Shown here: piece by piece, positions 34,743-47,800 of the stretch | Layout of the letters: every line of letters begins with the position of its first letter | Numbering within the stretch: position 1 is the first letter of the stretch | Origin: Phaeosaccion multiseriatum | Lineage: Eukaryota > Protista > Ochrophyta, other classes | DNA length: 64,000 nucleotides | Direction of reading: 5' to 3' | Assembly: GCA_965112735.1 (NCBI GenBank) | Contig: OZ218952.1 | Coordinates: forward strand, 2,480,001-2,544,000 | Translations under genes and position numbers: made by a program | Notes under the pieces: generated by a model | Seen by the model: the letters and a program-made list of their open reading frames with translations, nothing else | Databases searched by the model: none | What the model was told of the DNA's origin: nothing

Positions 34743-37700
34743 ATGGTCGTAGGGCCAACATCATGGCGCCTCCGCGGCGCCGCTCTGGTGGCGGCCATGG
34801 CCGTGTCCACCACCGCATTCCACGCACCCATGCAGGGGACACCACGGGGCGTGGGCACGGCGAGCAAGGCGTTTGACTCCCGTCAAGGAGCCAGCCGGGT
34901 ACGGATTGTAAGATGGGGAATGGAATGCATTAGTAAAGTGGTTGGCCAAGACGTAGGGAACAACGCAGATTGATTCCTTCTGGGGGTGGTGGTGCAGTGG
35001 CTGCTGCTGCTCACTCGATGGACGCCTCCAGCGAGCACCTTTATCCTATCGACGCTTCAATTAGACAAAGCCCAGGCGACAAAGCCCTACCACGCTCCGC
35101 TCCAGGCACGCTCCTGCCTCGAGCTCTTCCCTTAACCCCGCCTGCTCTCATATCCACTCTGCTTAGGTGGTTAATACGGCCTTCAAGCCCTCTTCGTCAG
35201 CTCTGGGAGCTACCGCTTTGGGGCCTCGGGGCTCCAAGAACACTCCCCAATATCAAGAGGATGAGGCATCTGCGGGCACCATCGAGCAGGTAGGCTGCCG
35301 CCATTGAGCTGTGGACAAGCCGGGGGGTGAGGGGGGGGGGGGGGGGTCATTAGGAATGAAAGGGAAGGGATCGGGTTAGGGGCATGAGCTCGATTGAGGA
35401 TTGACAAATCATGCGCACTTCCGTTTCCGAGAGAAACAGAGGGCAAAGTTGAAGGAATCCTGCAAGAAATGAATGACCGGGTGGCATGGATTATGGATTA
35501 CGTAACCCTCTCATCCTCCCCCCTTCTCCCCCCTGCCCCACCACCTCTGCCACGCCCTTTGTACTCCACAGATGCAGCATAGAGTCAGCGAGACATCGGA
35601 CAAGATCCAGGAGAAGGCTGCGGAGGCTCGAGCAGCGGTCAAGAACCGCCTAGACAACATCAAGGTGGGAAGGCGAAAGAAGGTCGCTCGAAAAACGTTC
35701 ATCCCTGCAGTATTGGAGTGTGAAAAAACACTCCATCTCCCTTTAAATATACACACACGCACATCCACATGGCTTGTACATTGGCATGCATCTTTCCATC
35801 ACCTGGGCAGGGCCTCTCAGATGCGCAGCTCACGAGGAGTGGCCTGGCCTCACCCGGTCTACTTAAGTCAAGCGCCTTTGCTCATGTCTATCTCCTATCT
35901 CTTATTTGTGGTGTCTCTGTCTCTGTCCCTGTGTCTGTGTCTCTTTCCCCTCCCCCCCCCCCCCACCCATGTTACCTCCTCCATCCCTCCCTCCCCTCCC
36001 TCCTCCCTTGGCAGGACCGCATGGCATCCACCACCTCTTCCGTGCGAAGCGACTACGTCCAACCGGCGGTGCGGCTGGTTCAGAACCCCGTGTCCATCCA
36101 ATACGGCATCGTCATGGCCATTCGATTGAGCTACTTCATGGCTCAGAACGGCATCATCTCCACCACAGGTCCGTCAGAGGGAGGGAGGGAGGGAGGGCGA
36201 TAAAGTGCTTCTTCTGTTTCCTTTGCTTCGCTTCGGTGGCTGTACCTTTCACTTTTTCTTCCTTATTTCAGTGAGGCTTGCTGGTGCAACTGGCAATCAA
36301 TCCGTACTCCCTCTTTTCGGCCGTCTTCCTCCTTCTCTATTCTTCCTTCTTCCCCACCCACTCCTCTTTCGCCTCCTCAGTCGACCGTCGCTTGGCCATG
36401 AACGTTCCTGCCATTGTGCGTGCCGTGCTCGGTGCCATCGCCAACGGCCGCGAGGAAGACTTGCTCGAGACGCTGCGTATTCCCGATGAGCGCCTCACAA
36501 GCTCCGCGGCCTACGCCTGGTGGAGAGCCAACTTGCGCGGTATCATTACTCTGCTGCGGTGAGTGAGGGAGAGAGGGAGAGAGGGAGAGAGAGAGAGAGG
36601 GAGGGAGCGGAGGGAGAGAGTGCGACGTTTTCAAGTGCAGGCCCCTTCTCCCCTTCCTCCTCCTCCTCCTCCTCCCTCCCCACATCCTCCTCCTCCTTCT
36701 CCCCAGCCTTTCACAACGTCTCTGCTCCGGCTGCTGCTGTCCCACCAACGGCTTCTCTCTCACCACTCTAATCAACTCCTGTACCATCACCTCCCCTCCC
36801 TCCTCTCGAGCAGCAAGGAAGCCGAAGACATCGAGCAGGGAGTGTACAAGTTTCCCCTGGACATGGCCCCTCTCCGCGCCGAGGCCATCTCCCAGGCCAA
36901 CCCCGCCGCCCTCATCGCCTCCTTTGGTATCTATTGGAGGCAGCAGAGAGCCCTCAAGGTGTGTGGGTGCGTGCGTGGCAGAGAAGAGGGGGGGGGACGG
37001 GAAGGGAGGGCCTTCGTGTTGTCACATATGCTCGTTTTGCTTTGCCTGTCTCTTTGATCTCTGCCTGTCTCTCTCTCCTCTTGGCGTGTGGGGATGTGTA
37101 GGGGTGTATGTATGTTTGTCTGACCCCTTCTTGATCCCTCCCCCCCCCCCTCCTCCTCCTCCTCCTCCTCCTCCTCCTCCTCCTCCTCCTCCTCCTCCTC
37201 TTTCTCCCCCTCCTCCTCCTCTCCTCCTCCTCCTCCTCCTCCTCCTCTTCCCCTTTCAACAGAAGCAATCTCTCTCCGAGGCCTCCTCCAGCAGCACAAA
37301 AGACTCGAGCTTCATAGCCCCAGGCCGCTACCCCGAGTACTACCTGGAAGGGGAGCAGTACCTCACAGCTGGCAAAAGCGGCGTCATGGATTACGAGTCC
37401 GAGAGCCTGATGTGGGGAATGGCTGATGCCATGCGAAGGAGGGCTTTGGCCAAGATTGATCAGATCCTTATGGACAAGGTAAGGCGGTGTCAGGACAGAG
37501 GGAGGGTGGGTGGGTGTCAGTTCAGAGGGTGGGTGGGGTGTCAGGACAGAGGGCGGGTGGGGTGTCAGGACAGAGGGTGGGTGGGGTGTCAGGACAGAGG
37601 GTGGGTGGGTGTCAGGACAGAGGGTGGGTGGGTGTCAGGACAGAGGGTGGGTGGGTGTCAGGACAGAGGGTGGGTGGGGTGTCAGGACAGAGGGTGGATG

Positions 37701-38429
37701 GGTGTCAGGACAGAGGGTGGGTGGGGTGTCAGGACAGAGGGTGGGTGGGTGTCAGGACAGAGGGTGGGTGGATGGGGTGTCAGGACAGAGGAAGGTGGGC
37801 CGGTGCGGTGGTGTATCAACGACTGTTGTGGTGGAGATGGTGGTGTAGTGTGCCGCGGTGTGCTGGGGTGTGGTGCGGCTAACCCCAGCCCACTCAAACC
37901 CGATCTTATCTCAACCTACATACATGATAATGTGTATACATATACGCTAACTCCCAACCCGCTTATTCAGGACCCCGCCGAGACGGAATTGCTGGACGTG
38001 GGCAGCGGCACCGGACGTTTCCTCTCCTTCGTCAAGGACAACTTTAAGTCACTGAAGGTGACGGCGTTGGACTTGTCTCTATTCAACCTCATGAAGAGCC
38101 GCAGGTGAGAGAGTATGTATGACGTCTGCCATCCACCTATATCCGATGACTCATGGTACCATCCGCCTAAGTGTCTGACTAGTGCCCTCCAGACGTGCAA
38201 CGGAGTGACCTTCCTAGGGTGTTAGCTTAGCTTATCCTACCTTGTTTTATTCTTATTCTGGTCTCAATTCGTCTTACCTTGTCGTATGTCAATGACTTGA
38301 CCAGCTCGCTCAAGGCGTGCAGCGGAGTGACGTTCCTGGAGGCCAACTCGGAAGCCATGCCCCTCCCCACGGAGAGTCAGGATATCGTCACTTGCACCTT
38401 CGTGCTCTCCGAGATGCCCGTCGAGGCAC

Positions 38430-38506
<77 letters not shown>

Positions 38507-39278
38507 TGTGTGTACGTGTATGTGTTTGTTCTTTGTGTGTGCGCGTGTGTATGTGTGTGTACGTGTACGTGTCTGTTTTTGCGTGCGTGCGTGTTAATGT
38601 GTGCGTGTGTGTGGGGGGGAAGTAAGCCAATGGATGGGGGGATGGATGGATAGGCGGGTGGGTGGGTGGTTAGTGTGAGCGTGTGTGTGTGTATATCATC
38701 CCTCCTTACCTCCCTCTCCCCTCACTTGCTGCGACACTCCCTGTGACAGGTGTCTACCATCAACGAAATGGCCCGGACCTTGAAGCCAGGCGGGCGCATC
38801 ATCATCATCGATGGCACGCAGCCCGAGTTCGATGGCAACGTCTGTACCCTGGACGGCTTACCGCAGTTCATCCCCTCGGCCAATTATGACGCCTACCAAT
38901 GCACCGACCTCGAGTATTTACTCATCAAGGTGAGCACAGGGGACATAGCAGAGGTTTCCGAGAGGGGGTGGTGATGGTGATGGGCTGTCGAAGAGACAGA
39001 GGCCCCTCGAGCCGTTGGCGTGCCTTCGCACACGGGAAGAGGGTTGTTTGGTGCTAGCCCATCTTCTCCTTTAGTCTCCTTCTCTCTCACACTCTCTTCC
39101 TCTCTCTCTCTCCCTCATACACACACACGCGCGCGCGCGTGAACCCACCTTCCCTTTTTAGGCGGGTCTCTTTGTGCAGGACAAGGAGGTTTCTTGGGTA
39201 TCGAAAATGCTTGTGGCCCAAAAGCCCCCCCTTGTCGCCCCAGGGGTGACGGAGGACTCTATGGGAGTCGGATACTAA
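34743..39278 (+). CDS. Class I SAM-dependent methyltransferase (UbiE/Methyltransf_11-like, algal-cyanobacterial type), plastid-targeted
   Basis: Signal peptide ending STTA|FHAP (ASAFAP-like); DIEQGVYKFPLD; RYPEYYL; ESLMWGMADAMRR; motif I LLDVGSGTGRF; VTALDLS; FLEANSEAMPLPTESQDIVTCTF; EMARTLKPGGRIIIID; last exon AGL...SWVSKMLVAQKP; TAA at 39276-39278. Exons join in phase. Confidence 0.88.
37488..37792 (+). repeat. 23-24-bp G-rich intronic minisatellite (TGTCAGGACAGAGGGTGGGTGGG) x~13
   Basis: Direct reading; begins immediately after the donor at 37479. Confidence 0.93.
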
Positions 39279-39809
39279 AGAAAAAGGGAAACGAAGAAGA
39301 ACAAGTCGTCATCATCTACATCGTCATCGAAATCGAATATCGAGACTCTATACATAGCTCTATCGGGTATCGGCACAGCGAATCGACACTAAATCGGCTT
39401 GCTGCTGATGGTACCCCGTGTACGTAGGCGCGCTTTCTTTGTCTTCTTTGTCTTCGGTTGTCTCCATCCCTTTGTTCTGTGGTGGTGCTGATACAATACT
39501 TACATGTGTGTGTATGTGTGTATGTGTGTGTGCGTGTGTGTTTTGAGAGTAACCATCTGTAGATTTGGGGGAGGGGAAGGAAGCCACAAGTAGAAAACCA
39601 ACGTCCTTGCCCTTCATGTTGGATGCCTGCAGTCGCCCTCTTGTAAGAAAGATGATAAAAATATAGAGCAGCATAGTTGTTTTGCTCATTGTAGAGGACC
39701 TCTACTTGTTTTGTGGAGGACCTCCTCCCTCCTCCCTCGATTATCATCTCATCTCGCGACAATTGCGATGGTAATTTCAATAATAATTCATTATTAAGTT
39801 TCATCTCCA

Positions 39810-40406
39810 TCACTTCTCATTGAGGATGGCGTGTCTGTCATTGACGAGGCGCGTCATTGCTTGGACTCGGGCCGCTACCTCCCCTCCCCCCTTGCTCCCC
39901 CCTGCGCCCCCCCCCCCACCCATACCACCGCAGGCATCTGCATCCGTCTGATCGGAGTGCGAGTCGCAAGGCAGGAGGTGAAGCACGCAAGCGATCATCT
40001 GCAACAACTGCCTGTTGTGCTCCTTTGCCGGAACGAACAAGGTCGATTCACTCGATCCACTCGATCCACGTCTTATTCCTCTCGCTGCTGCCGCTTGTTG
40101 AGCAGTGCCGGTGCCTGCTTCCTCCCCGTCGCCCCCACTCTCCTCCGGCGTCTCCGCCTCCTCCTCCTCCTCTCCCCCGTCCTCCTCATGTTCGTTCTTG
40201 TCTTTGCCACTCTTGGAAGCCTTGGAGGAGACCCTCGACGAAGCTCGTCGCCACAGCTCCTCTCCTTCTTCTCCTCCTCCTCCTCCTCCTCCTTCTCTTC
40301 CTCCTCCCCCTCCTCCTCCTCCTCCTCCTCCTCCTCCTCCTCCTCCTCCTCCTCCTCCTCCTCCTCCTCCTCCTCCTCCTCCTCCTTCTCCTTCTCCTTC
40401 TCCTTC

Positions 40407-40438
<32 letters not shown>

Positions 40439-43400
40439 CTCCTCCTTCTCCTTCTTCTTCTCCTCCTCCTCCTCCTCTTACTCCTCTTTCTCCCCCTCCG
40501 TCCCTCCCTCCTCTTGGCCTTCTCCTCTTTCTGCTCCTCCTCCGTCCTCCTTTCCCGCCACCCGCAACCCCAACATCCCCTTCCTCCTTGAGGCCCGCGC
40601 TGACATCCAGATAGGCGCAGAAGGAATAGGTGTACTGTCCAGCCACAAAGAGCGGCTTATGACAGACCAGTAGGTGAGGGATGGTGGGCGTGCTGTGGTA
40701 CGTGAGGCCCACAAGGGTCACCTCGGCGAGGGTTTCTGTGCACACTTCGCCATCCTCAATACTGGAGTACAGGTTTCCGCCTGCCTCGTAGAAGCCTGGG
40801 TGAGTGTTGGTGGTGGTGGTGGTAGTGGTTGAGGTGGAGAAGGAGGAGGAGGAGGAGGAGGAGGAGGAGGAGGAGGAGGAGGAGGAGGAGGAGGAGGAGG
40901 AGGAGGAGGAGGAGGAGGAGGAGGAGGAGGAGGAGGAGGAGGAGGAGGAGGAGGAGGAGGAGGAGGAGGAGGAGGAGGAGGAGGAGGAGGAGGAGGAGGA
41001 GGAGGAGGAGGAGGAGGAGGAGGAGGAGGAGGAGGAGGAGGAGGAGGAGGAGGAGGAGGAGGAGGAGGAGGAGGAGGAGGAGGAGGAGGAGGAGGAGGAG
41101 GAGGAGGAGGAGGAGGAGGAGGAGGAGGAGGAGGAGGAGGAGGAGGAGGAGGAGGAGGAGGAGGAGGAGGAGGAGGAGGAGGAGGAGGAGGAGGAGGAGG
41201 AGGAGGAGGAGGAGGAGGAGGAGGAGGAGGAGGAGGAGGAGGAGGAGGAGGAGGAGGAGGAGGAGGAGGAGGAGGAGGAGGAGGAGGAGGAGGAGGAGGA
41301 GGAGGAGGAGGAGGAGGAGGAGGAGGAGGAGGAGGAGGAGGAGGAGGAGGAGGAGGAGGAGGAGGAGGAGGAGGAGGAGGAGGAGGAGGAGGAGGAGGAG
41401 GAGGAGGAGGAGGAGGAGGAGGAGGAGGAGGAGGAGGAGGAGGAGGAGGAGGAGGAGGAGGAGGAGGAGGAGGAGGAGGAGGAGGAGGAGGAGGAGGAGG
41501 AGGAGGAGGAGGAGGAGGAGGAGGAGGAGGAGGAGGAGGAGGAGGAGGAGGAGGAGGAGGAGGAGGAGGAGGAGGAGGAGGAGGAGGAGGAGGAGGAGGA
41601 GGAGGAGGAGGAGGAGGAGGAGGAGGAGGAGGAGGAGGAGGAGGAGGAGGAGGAGGAGGAGGAGGAGGAGGAGGAGGAGGAGGAGGAGGAGGAGGAGGAG
41701 GAGGAGGAGGAGGAGGAGGAGGAGGAGGAGGAGGAGGAGGAGGAGGAGGAGGAGGAGGAGGAGGAGGAGGAGGAGGAGGAGGAGGAGGAGGAGGAGGAGG
41801 AGGAGGAGGAGGAGGAGGAGGAGGAGGAGGAGGAGGAGGAGGAGGAGGAGGAGGAGGAGGAGGAGGAGGAGGAGGAGGAGGAGGAGGAGGAGGAGGAGGA
41901 GGAGGAGGAGGAGGAGGAGGAGGAGGAGGAGGAGGAGGAGGAGGAGGAGGAGGAGGAGGAGGAGGAGGAGGAGGAGGAGGAGGAGGAGGAGGAGGAGGAG
42001 GAGGAGGAGGAGGAGGAGGAGGAGGAGGAGGAGGAGGAGGAGGAGGAGGAGGAGGAGGAGGAGGAGGAGGAGGAGGAGGAGGAGGAGGAGGAGGAGGAGG
42101 AGGAGGAGGAGGAGGAGGAGGAGGAGGAGGAGGAGGAGGAGGAGGAGGAGGAGGAGGAGGAGGAGGAGGAGGAGGAGGAGGAGGAGGAGGAGGAGGAGGA
42201 GGAGGAGGAGGAGGAGGAGGAGGAGGAGGAGGAGGAGGAGGAGGAGGAGGAGGAGGAGGAGGAGGAGGAGGAGGAGGAGGAGGAGGAGGAGGAGGAGGAG
42301 GAGGAGGAGGAGGAGGAGGAGGAGGAGGAGGAGGAGGAGGAGGAGGAGGAGGAGGAGGAGGAGGAGGAGGAGGAGGAGGAGGAGGAGGAGGAGGAGGAGG
42401 AGGAGGAGGAGGAGGAGGAGGAGGAGGAGGAGGAGGAGGAGGAGGAGGAGGAGGAGGAGGAGGAGGAGGAGGAGGAGGAGGAGGAGGAGGAGGAGGAGGA
42501 GGAGGAGGAGGAGGAGGAGGAGGAGGAGGAGGAGGAGGAGGAGGGAGTCATTGTAAGGTGGAGGAGTAGAGCAGAGTGTGGACACGTCGCGGCAATGGGA
42601 GGTGAAGGAGAGGGAACCAGCAACAGCCACAACACAACCACCACCCACCCCAACGCCAACCCGAACTCGGAAATCACCCACGCTGTGCACCTGGCTTGTC
42701 GTCGTCGCATGCCTCGGCCACCGTGATGGCTGGGAGCCCCACCATCTCGCCCAGAGACATTCCCATCATCTCTCTGAAGTGCTCATTGGCCTTGACGATG
42801 GGGCCCTCAGTGCCGTCAAGGCCACTGCGGCTCATGTCGGCGACCGTGGCGGCGAAAGGGAGGTTGTCGATTAGTAGGGAGAGTAGCGTCCACCATCTGG
42901 GGGGAGAGGGGAGGGAGGGAGGGCGGGAGGAGATGTAGAGACATGAGGGGGAGGAAGACACGGGAAAGGAGAAGAAAAAAAAGCTTTGTCACACGCACAC
43001 GCGCATGCACGCACACAAACACATACATACATACATACATACATACACACATACATACATACATACATACATACATACATACATACATACATACATACAT
43101 ACATACATACATACATACATACATACATACATACATACATACATACATACATACATACATACATACATACATACATACATACATACATACATACATACAT
43201 ACATACATACATACATACATACATACATACATACATACATACATACATACATACATACATACATACATACATACATACATACATACATACATACATGCAC
43301 ACATACATACATATATACCCACACATACATATATACCCACACACGTACCCGGCTTGCCCTGTGCCCTTCCTCTCCATCTCGTCGAGATCCAACAGGCGGA

Positions 43401-44800
43401 ACACCTTGGGCAGCAAGGAGGCGGTCGCTTCCTCTTCAGAGTCCTCGTCGTTGTCGCCCCACACGTCTGTGAGATGCCCGGGATACAAACCGCTCGCCAC
43501 AAAGTCCGGTACCACGTCCTCGGCAACTGCACAGGCAATGTCCTCGACCTCTGCCTCTGCGATGCCCAACAGTCCCATCGAGATGACTTGTTCGTTGCGG
43601 GTTGCTTCGAGAGCGAGGTCGTTGGCAGGACGGAGGAGAGCAGACGAGGAGGACGAGGCGGAGGCAGTTCGAGAGGAGCTTCTTCTCTGCCTCTTGATCG
43701 CCGCCTTGCGACCGCCGCTGCGGCTGCTAATGCTGCTGCAACTACTAGTACTGCTACTGCTGCTGCTGCTGCGACTGCTGCTGCTGCTACTGCTGCTGCT
43801 GCTGCTGCTGCTGCTACTACTACTGCTCCCGCTGCTACTGCTGCTACTAGTACTACTAGTACTACTACGGCTACTACCACTACTAGTATTACTGACGCTG
43901 CTGTCGTCGTCGTCGTCGTCCATCCCACTCCCTATCAAGCTGTCGCTTCCGCTCGTGCTCCTCTGAATGAAGAAAGGCCGTTGACTCCCCTCCGCAATAG
44001 CCAAGGCCGTCGCCGCAGTGGCCCTGGCTGTGACCAGGGCGGACTCGGGCAGTAGCGACGGCCGCCACGAATGCACCACCTCGGCCACCACCGCTATACG
44101 CGCCGAGTAAGAGGGCTCGTCATCCCAGGCCCGCTTGACGCCCTGGATGAAGGCAAAGCCCTCACGATGAGGCGAACGTGCCTCCTCGAGACGGGCTTGG
44201 ATGGCATCTCTTACTTCTCGGAGAGGAATCATGCTTTGTAAGGATTCGCCACAGTTACAGATCCAGGCCACGCGGGCAAAGCGGTGGAAGGCTCGCGTGA
44301 GGTCCACCCCATCCGCGGCGGCGGCCGCAACAGCCGGGGGAGTAGTGCGGAAGGGGGGTGGCTGGTTCCGCGCTACCATGGGCTGAGTCCCTTTCCGATG
44401 ACCAACGCGTTTGATGAGAGAATCAAGCCCCCCGGGGGCGTCTTGAGTTGGGATGGGGAGTCCCGCGGAGGCAGCAGCAGCCGCAGCAGCAGATAAAGCT
44501 ACAGGTAAAGCCACCACCGGAGGCTCGGAGTGGAATGATGCTGCCAGCGACGGATCAGGGAGCCCCTTGTCCTGCTGTTGCTGCTCTTGCGCGAGTTGCG
44601 GTTGCTGCTGTTGCTGCTGTCGACGCTCGGATGACATCATCGCCTCGCGCTTCACTCGCTGTATTGTCAAGCTCGGAGTGACGTGCTGCACTAGCAGGCT
44701 CTGCTTCCTTCGCAGGTTGACTATCTGCGTGCAGTCCCCCTCCTCGGGAAGACCAAGCACCGTCTGCATTACAAGTGAAGGACGTCGCCCCTCTTGCCCC

Positions 44801-44839
<39 letters not shown>

Positions 44840-47800
44840 TGTTGCTGTATCTGTTGCGGTTGCTGCGACTGCTGTGGCACCTCAGCGCCACCGGGCTGCT
44901 CCGCGTGCTGCTCCGCATGACCGACACCAAGAGGGGCGGGCTTAGTCGCCGCAGCGGGGTCGATAAACGCATTTCGCTCATCACGCGATAGCCGCTTGAC
45001 GAACGACAGGACGGATGGCGGGGACTCTTCGTCTTGCCCTTGCCCCTGCAACTGCCCCTCTAGCTGTCGCTGATGCCGATGCGGTTGCTGCTGCGGTGTC
45101 TCTTGCACTGTACTGAGCGGAGGTACAACAGGCGATGCGGCGGTGGCTGCTGCTGCTGCTTCTGCAGTATGGCTGACTGCCGGTGCTGCTGCTGTTAGTG
45201 CGGTTGGTGCTGCTGGCGCTGCTGGGGATGGGATGGCAGTGGATGGGGAGTGCGATGTGGCAGCGCTAAACGAGGCCCGACTGAGCGTCCTGCGGCGGTC
45301 AAGCTGCCGAAGAAACACATCATAGGCATCCTCCCCCTGCAGGGCATCCTCCTTTGTCTTGGCCCCCCCACTGCGTCCTCCTTCTTCGCTCGTGCTCCGT
45401 CGCTGTCTATTAAGCTGTCGCAGAAACGCCTGGTATGCGCTCTCCTCGGCCTGCAGCAGCTGACTACAACTCATATCGTCCTCCTCCTCGTCCTCCTCGT
45501 CCTCCTCCTCGTCCTCACCCTCGATTTGCCCGTCCTTTGTCATTGTCTTCCTTCTCTCGGCACGAGAGGAGGACAAGGAGGAGGCCCTCCTTCTGTCTAG
45601 CTGAGCGAGGAAGCTCTGATGGGCAGAGAAAGTATCCTTCACCTCATTCCTCCACCCATTGTCTCCAGCATCGAGTTGAGCCAGGAAGCGTTGATGGGCA
45701 GTGTATGATGATGCCACATCCTGGCTCCTATTCACCTCGTCGACCCGCCCCCTGCCTCCACCATTTAGCTGAGCAAGGAAGTTCTGGTGGGCTGTGTGTG
45801 CATCCGTTGTCGTCTCCTTCTGCACATTCCTCTCACCATGGGAGGAGGTGGAGGAGGAGGATCTCTGTCTGTCCAGCTGAGCAAGGAAGCACTGATGAGC
45901 TGTGTGTGCATCCGTTGCCGTCTCCTTCTGCACATTCCTCTCACCATGGGAGGAGGAGGTGGAGGAGGAGGATCTCTGTCTGTCCAGCTGAGCAAGGAAG
46001 TTCTGGTGGGCTGTGTGTGCATCCGTTGCCGTCTCCTTCTCCATGTTCCTCTCACCATGGGAGGAGGAGGTGGAGGAGGAGGATCTCTGTCTGTCCAGCT
46101 GAGCAAGGAAGCGCTGATGAGCTGTGTGTGCATCCGTTGCCGTCTCCTTCTGCACATTCCTCTCACCATGGGAGGAGGTGGAGGAGGAGGATCTCTGTCT
46201 GTCCAGCTGAGCAAGGAAGCGCTGATGAGCTGTGTGTGCATCCGTTGCCGTCTCCTTCTGCACATTCCTCTCACCATGGGAGGAGGAGGTGGAGGAGGAG
46301 GATCTCTGTCTGTCCAGCTGAGCAAGGAAGTTCTGGTGGGCTGTGTGTGCATCCGTTGCCGTCTCCTTCTCCATGTTCCTCTCACCATGGGAGGAGGAGG
46401 ATCTCCGTCGGTCCAGCTGAGCAAGGAAGCGCCGATGAGCTGTGAATGTACCCTGTACCTCGTACACCCCCCCATTGTCTCCAGCAGGCGTCGCACCACT
46501 CTCCAGCTGGGAGACGAAATTGGCGTATTGCTGCGCCTTATGGGCGTGTTGGTCCTTCGTCTCCAACGGCACGCGTTGGGCCTGTGATTCGAGGCAAGCC
46601 AGATCGTAATGGGCAAGCGTGTGTGTGCGCGCGGGAGTGTGTGTGTAAGAGAGAGCAGCATCTCGTCGCATGTAAGCGGCTGTAAGCTTGCAAGCATATC
46701 GGCCGCGCATATTCGCTATTGCTGCAGCTGTTCTTGCTGCGGCTGTTCTTGCTGCCACTGAATCACCACGTGCTGTATCAACAACTGCCACGCCATCCCT
46801 TACCACTCACCTGCATCTTAGCCATCAGACTGCGCTGTCGCTCCACCGCATCCGAGAAGTCCTCAAAGCGCTTCTGTACACTCCGTTGGGCCTCTGCCTC
46901 GGCCTCTGCCAATCGCCTCTGCTGCTCTTGCAGAGAAGGCATCGCTATGCCTCCTCCTCGTTCTCCTTCATCTCCCCCTCCTCCTCCTCCCCCTCCTGCG
47001 GTTGCTGCAGCTACCATCGACGGTGCCTCGGCTCTCCCCAGCACCCCCTGCTTGTCCTTCTCCATCTCGTCCGGGTCCATTGAGCTAAGACTGCGCTCCC
47101 TTTCCACCTCCTCTAAGAAGCTCTGATACGCTTGATCCACCTCCTGCTCCGCCATCACCAGAGTCGCCAGGAGTTGTCGATTCATCTCGTCCATGCCTTG
47201 TTCATGCGCAGCCAGTTCGTCGCGACTCCCCCCTTCCACACCGTCCACTTTCTCCTCTTCCTCCTCCTCCCCTTCCTCCTCCTCATCATCGTTTGCGTCA
47301 TCATCATCCTCTCCTTCTCCTCCTCCTCCTCCTCCTCCTCCTCCTCCTCCTCCTCCTCCTCCTCCTTTCTTGCGCTGGGGGAGCGGCGACGAATTGCGTA
47401 CTGGCTGACTCGCAGTGCCACTTCTGTAGCTCCCGGTGCTGCCCACGCTGCTCTGTCTCACAAAGGATCTTCTGTCGTCGTCGGATGCCCGCCGTAGAGA
47501 TGCAAAGAAGGCTCCAAGCCCGTCCTTCGGAGTCGGCTGTCCCCCACCGCCGTCGCTGGCGGTGGTAGAGCCCATCCCAGGAGCATTAGCCGTTGGTGAC
47601 ACGACAGCAGTAGCAGCAGCAGTCGAAGCAGCCGTTGCAGTAGCAGCCGCAGTGTCGGCGCTGCTACCGCTGTCGTTGACAACGGCATCAACTCTTGAAG
47701 CAGCATCAGCAGCAGCATCAGCAGCAGCACCAGCCGCAGCACCAGCAGCAGCAGCAGTTCCAGTAGCTCCAGCGTTGGGCACGAAGGCAAAGCTCCGGCG

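Noticed and set aside
37488-37792. Regularly repeated 23-24-bp unit as a possible CRISPR array
   Set aside because: No unique spacers, eukaryotic intron and no cas genes; it is a minisatellite.
40756-42726. Poly-Ser, poly-Leu, poly-Glu and poly-Arg ORFs of 575-966 aa
   Set aside because: Translations of the intronic (GAG)n tract. Retaining the intron from the real upstream exon hits a stop at 42674.
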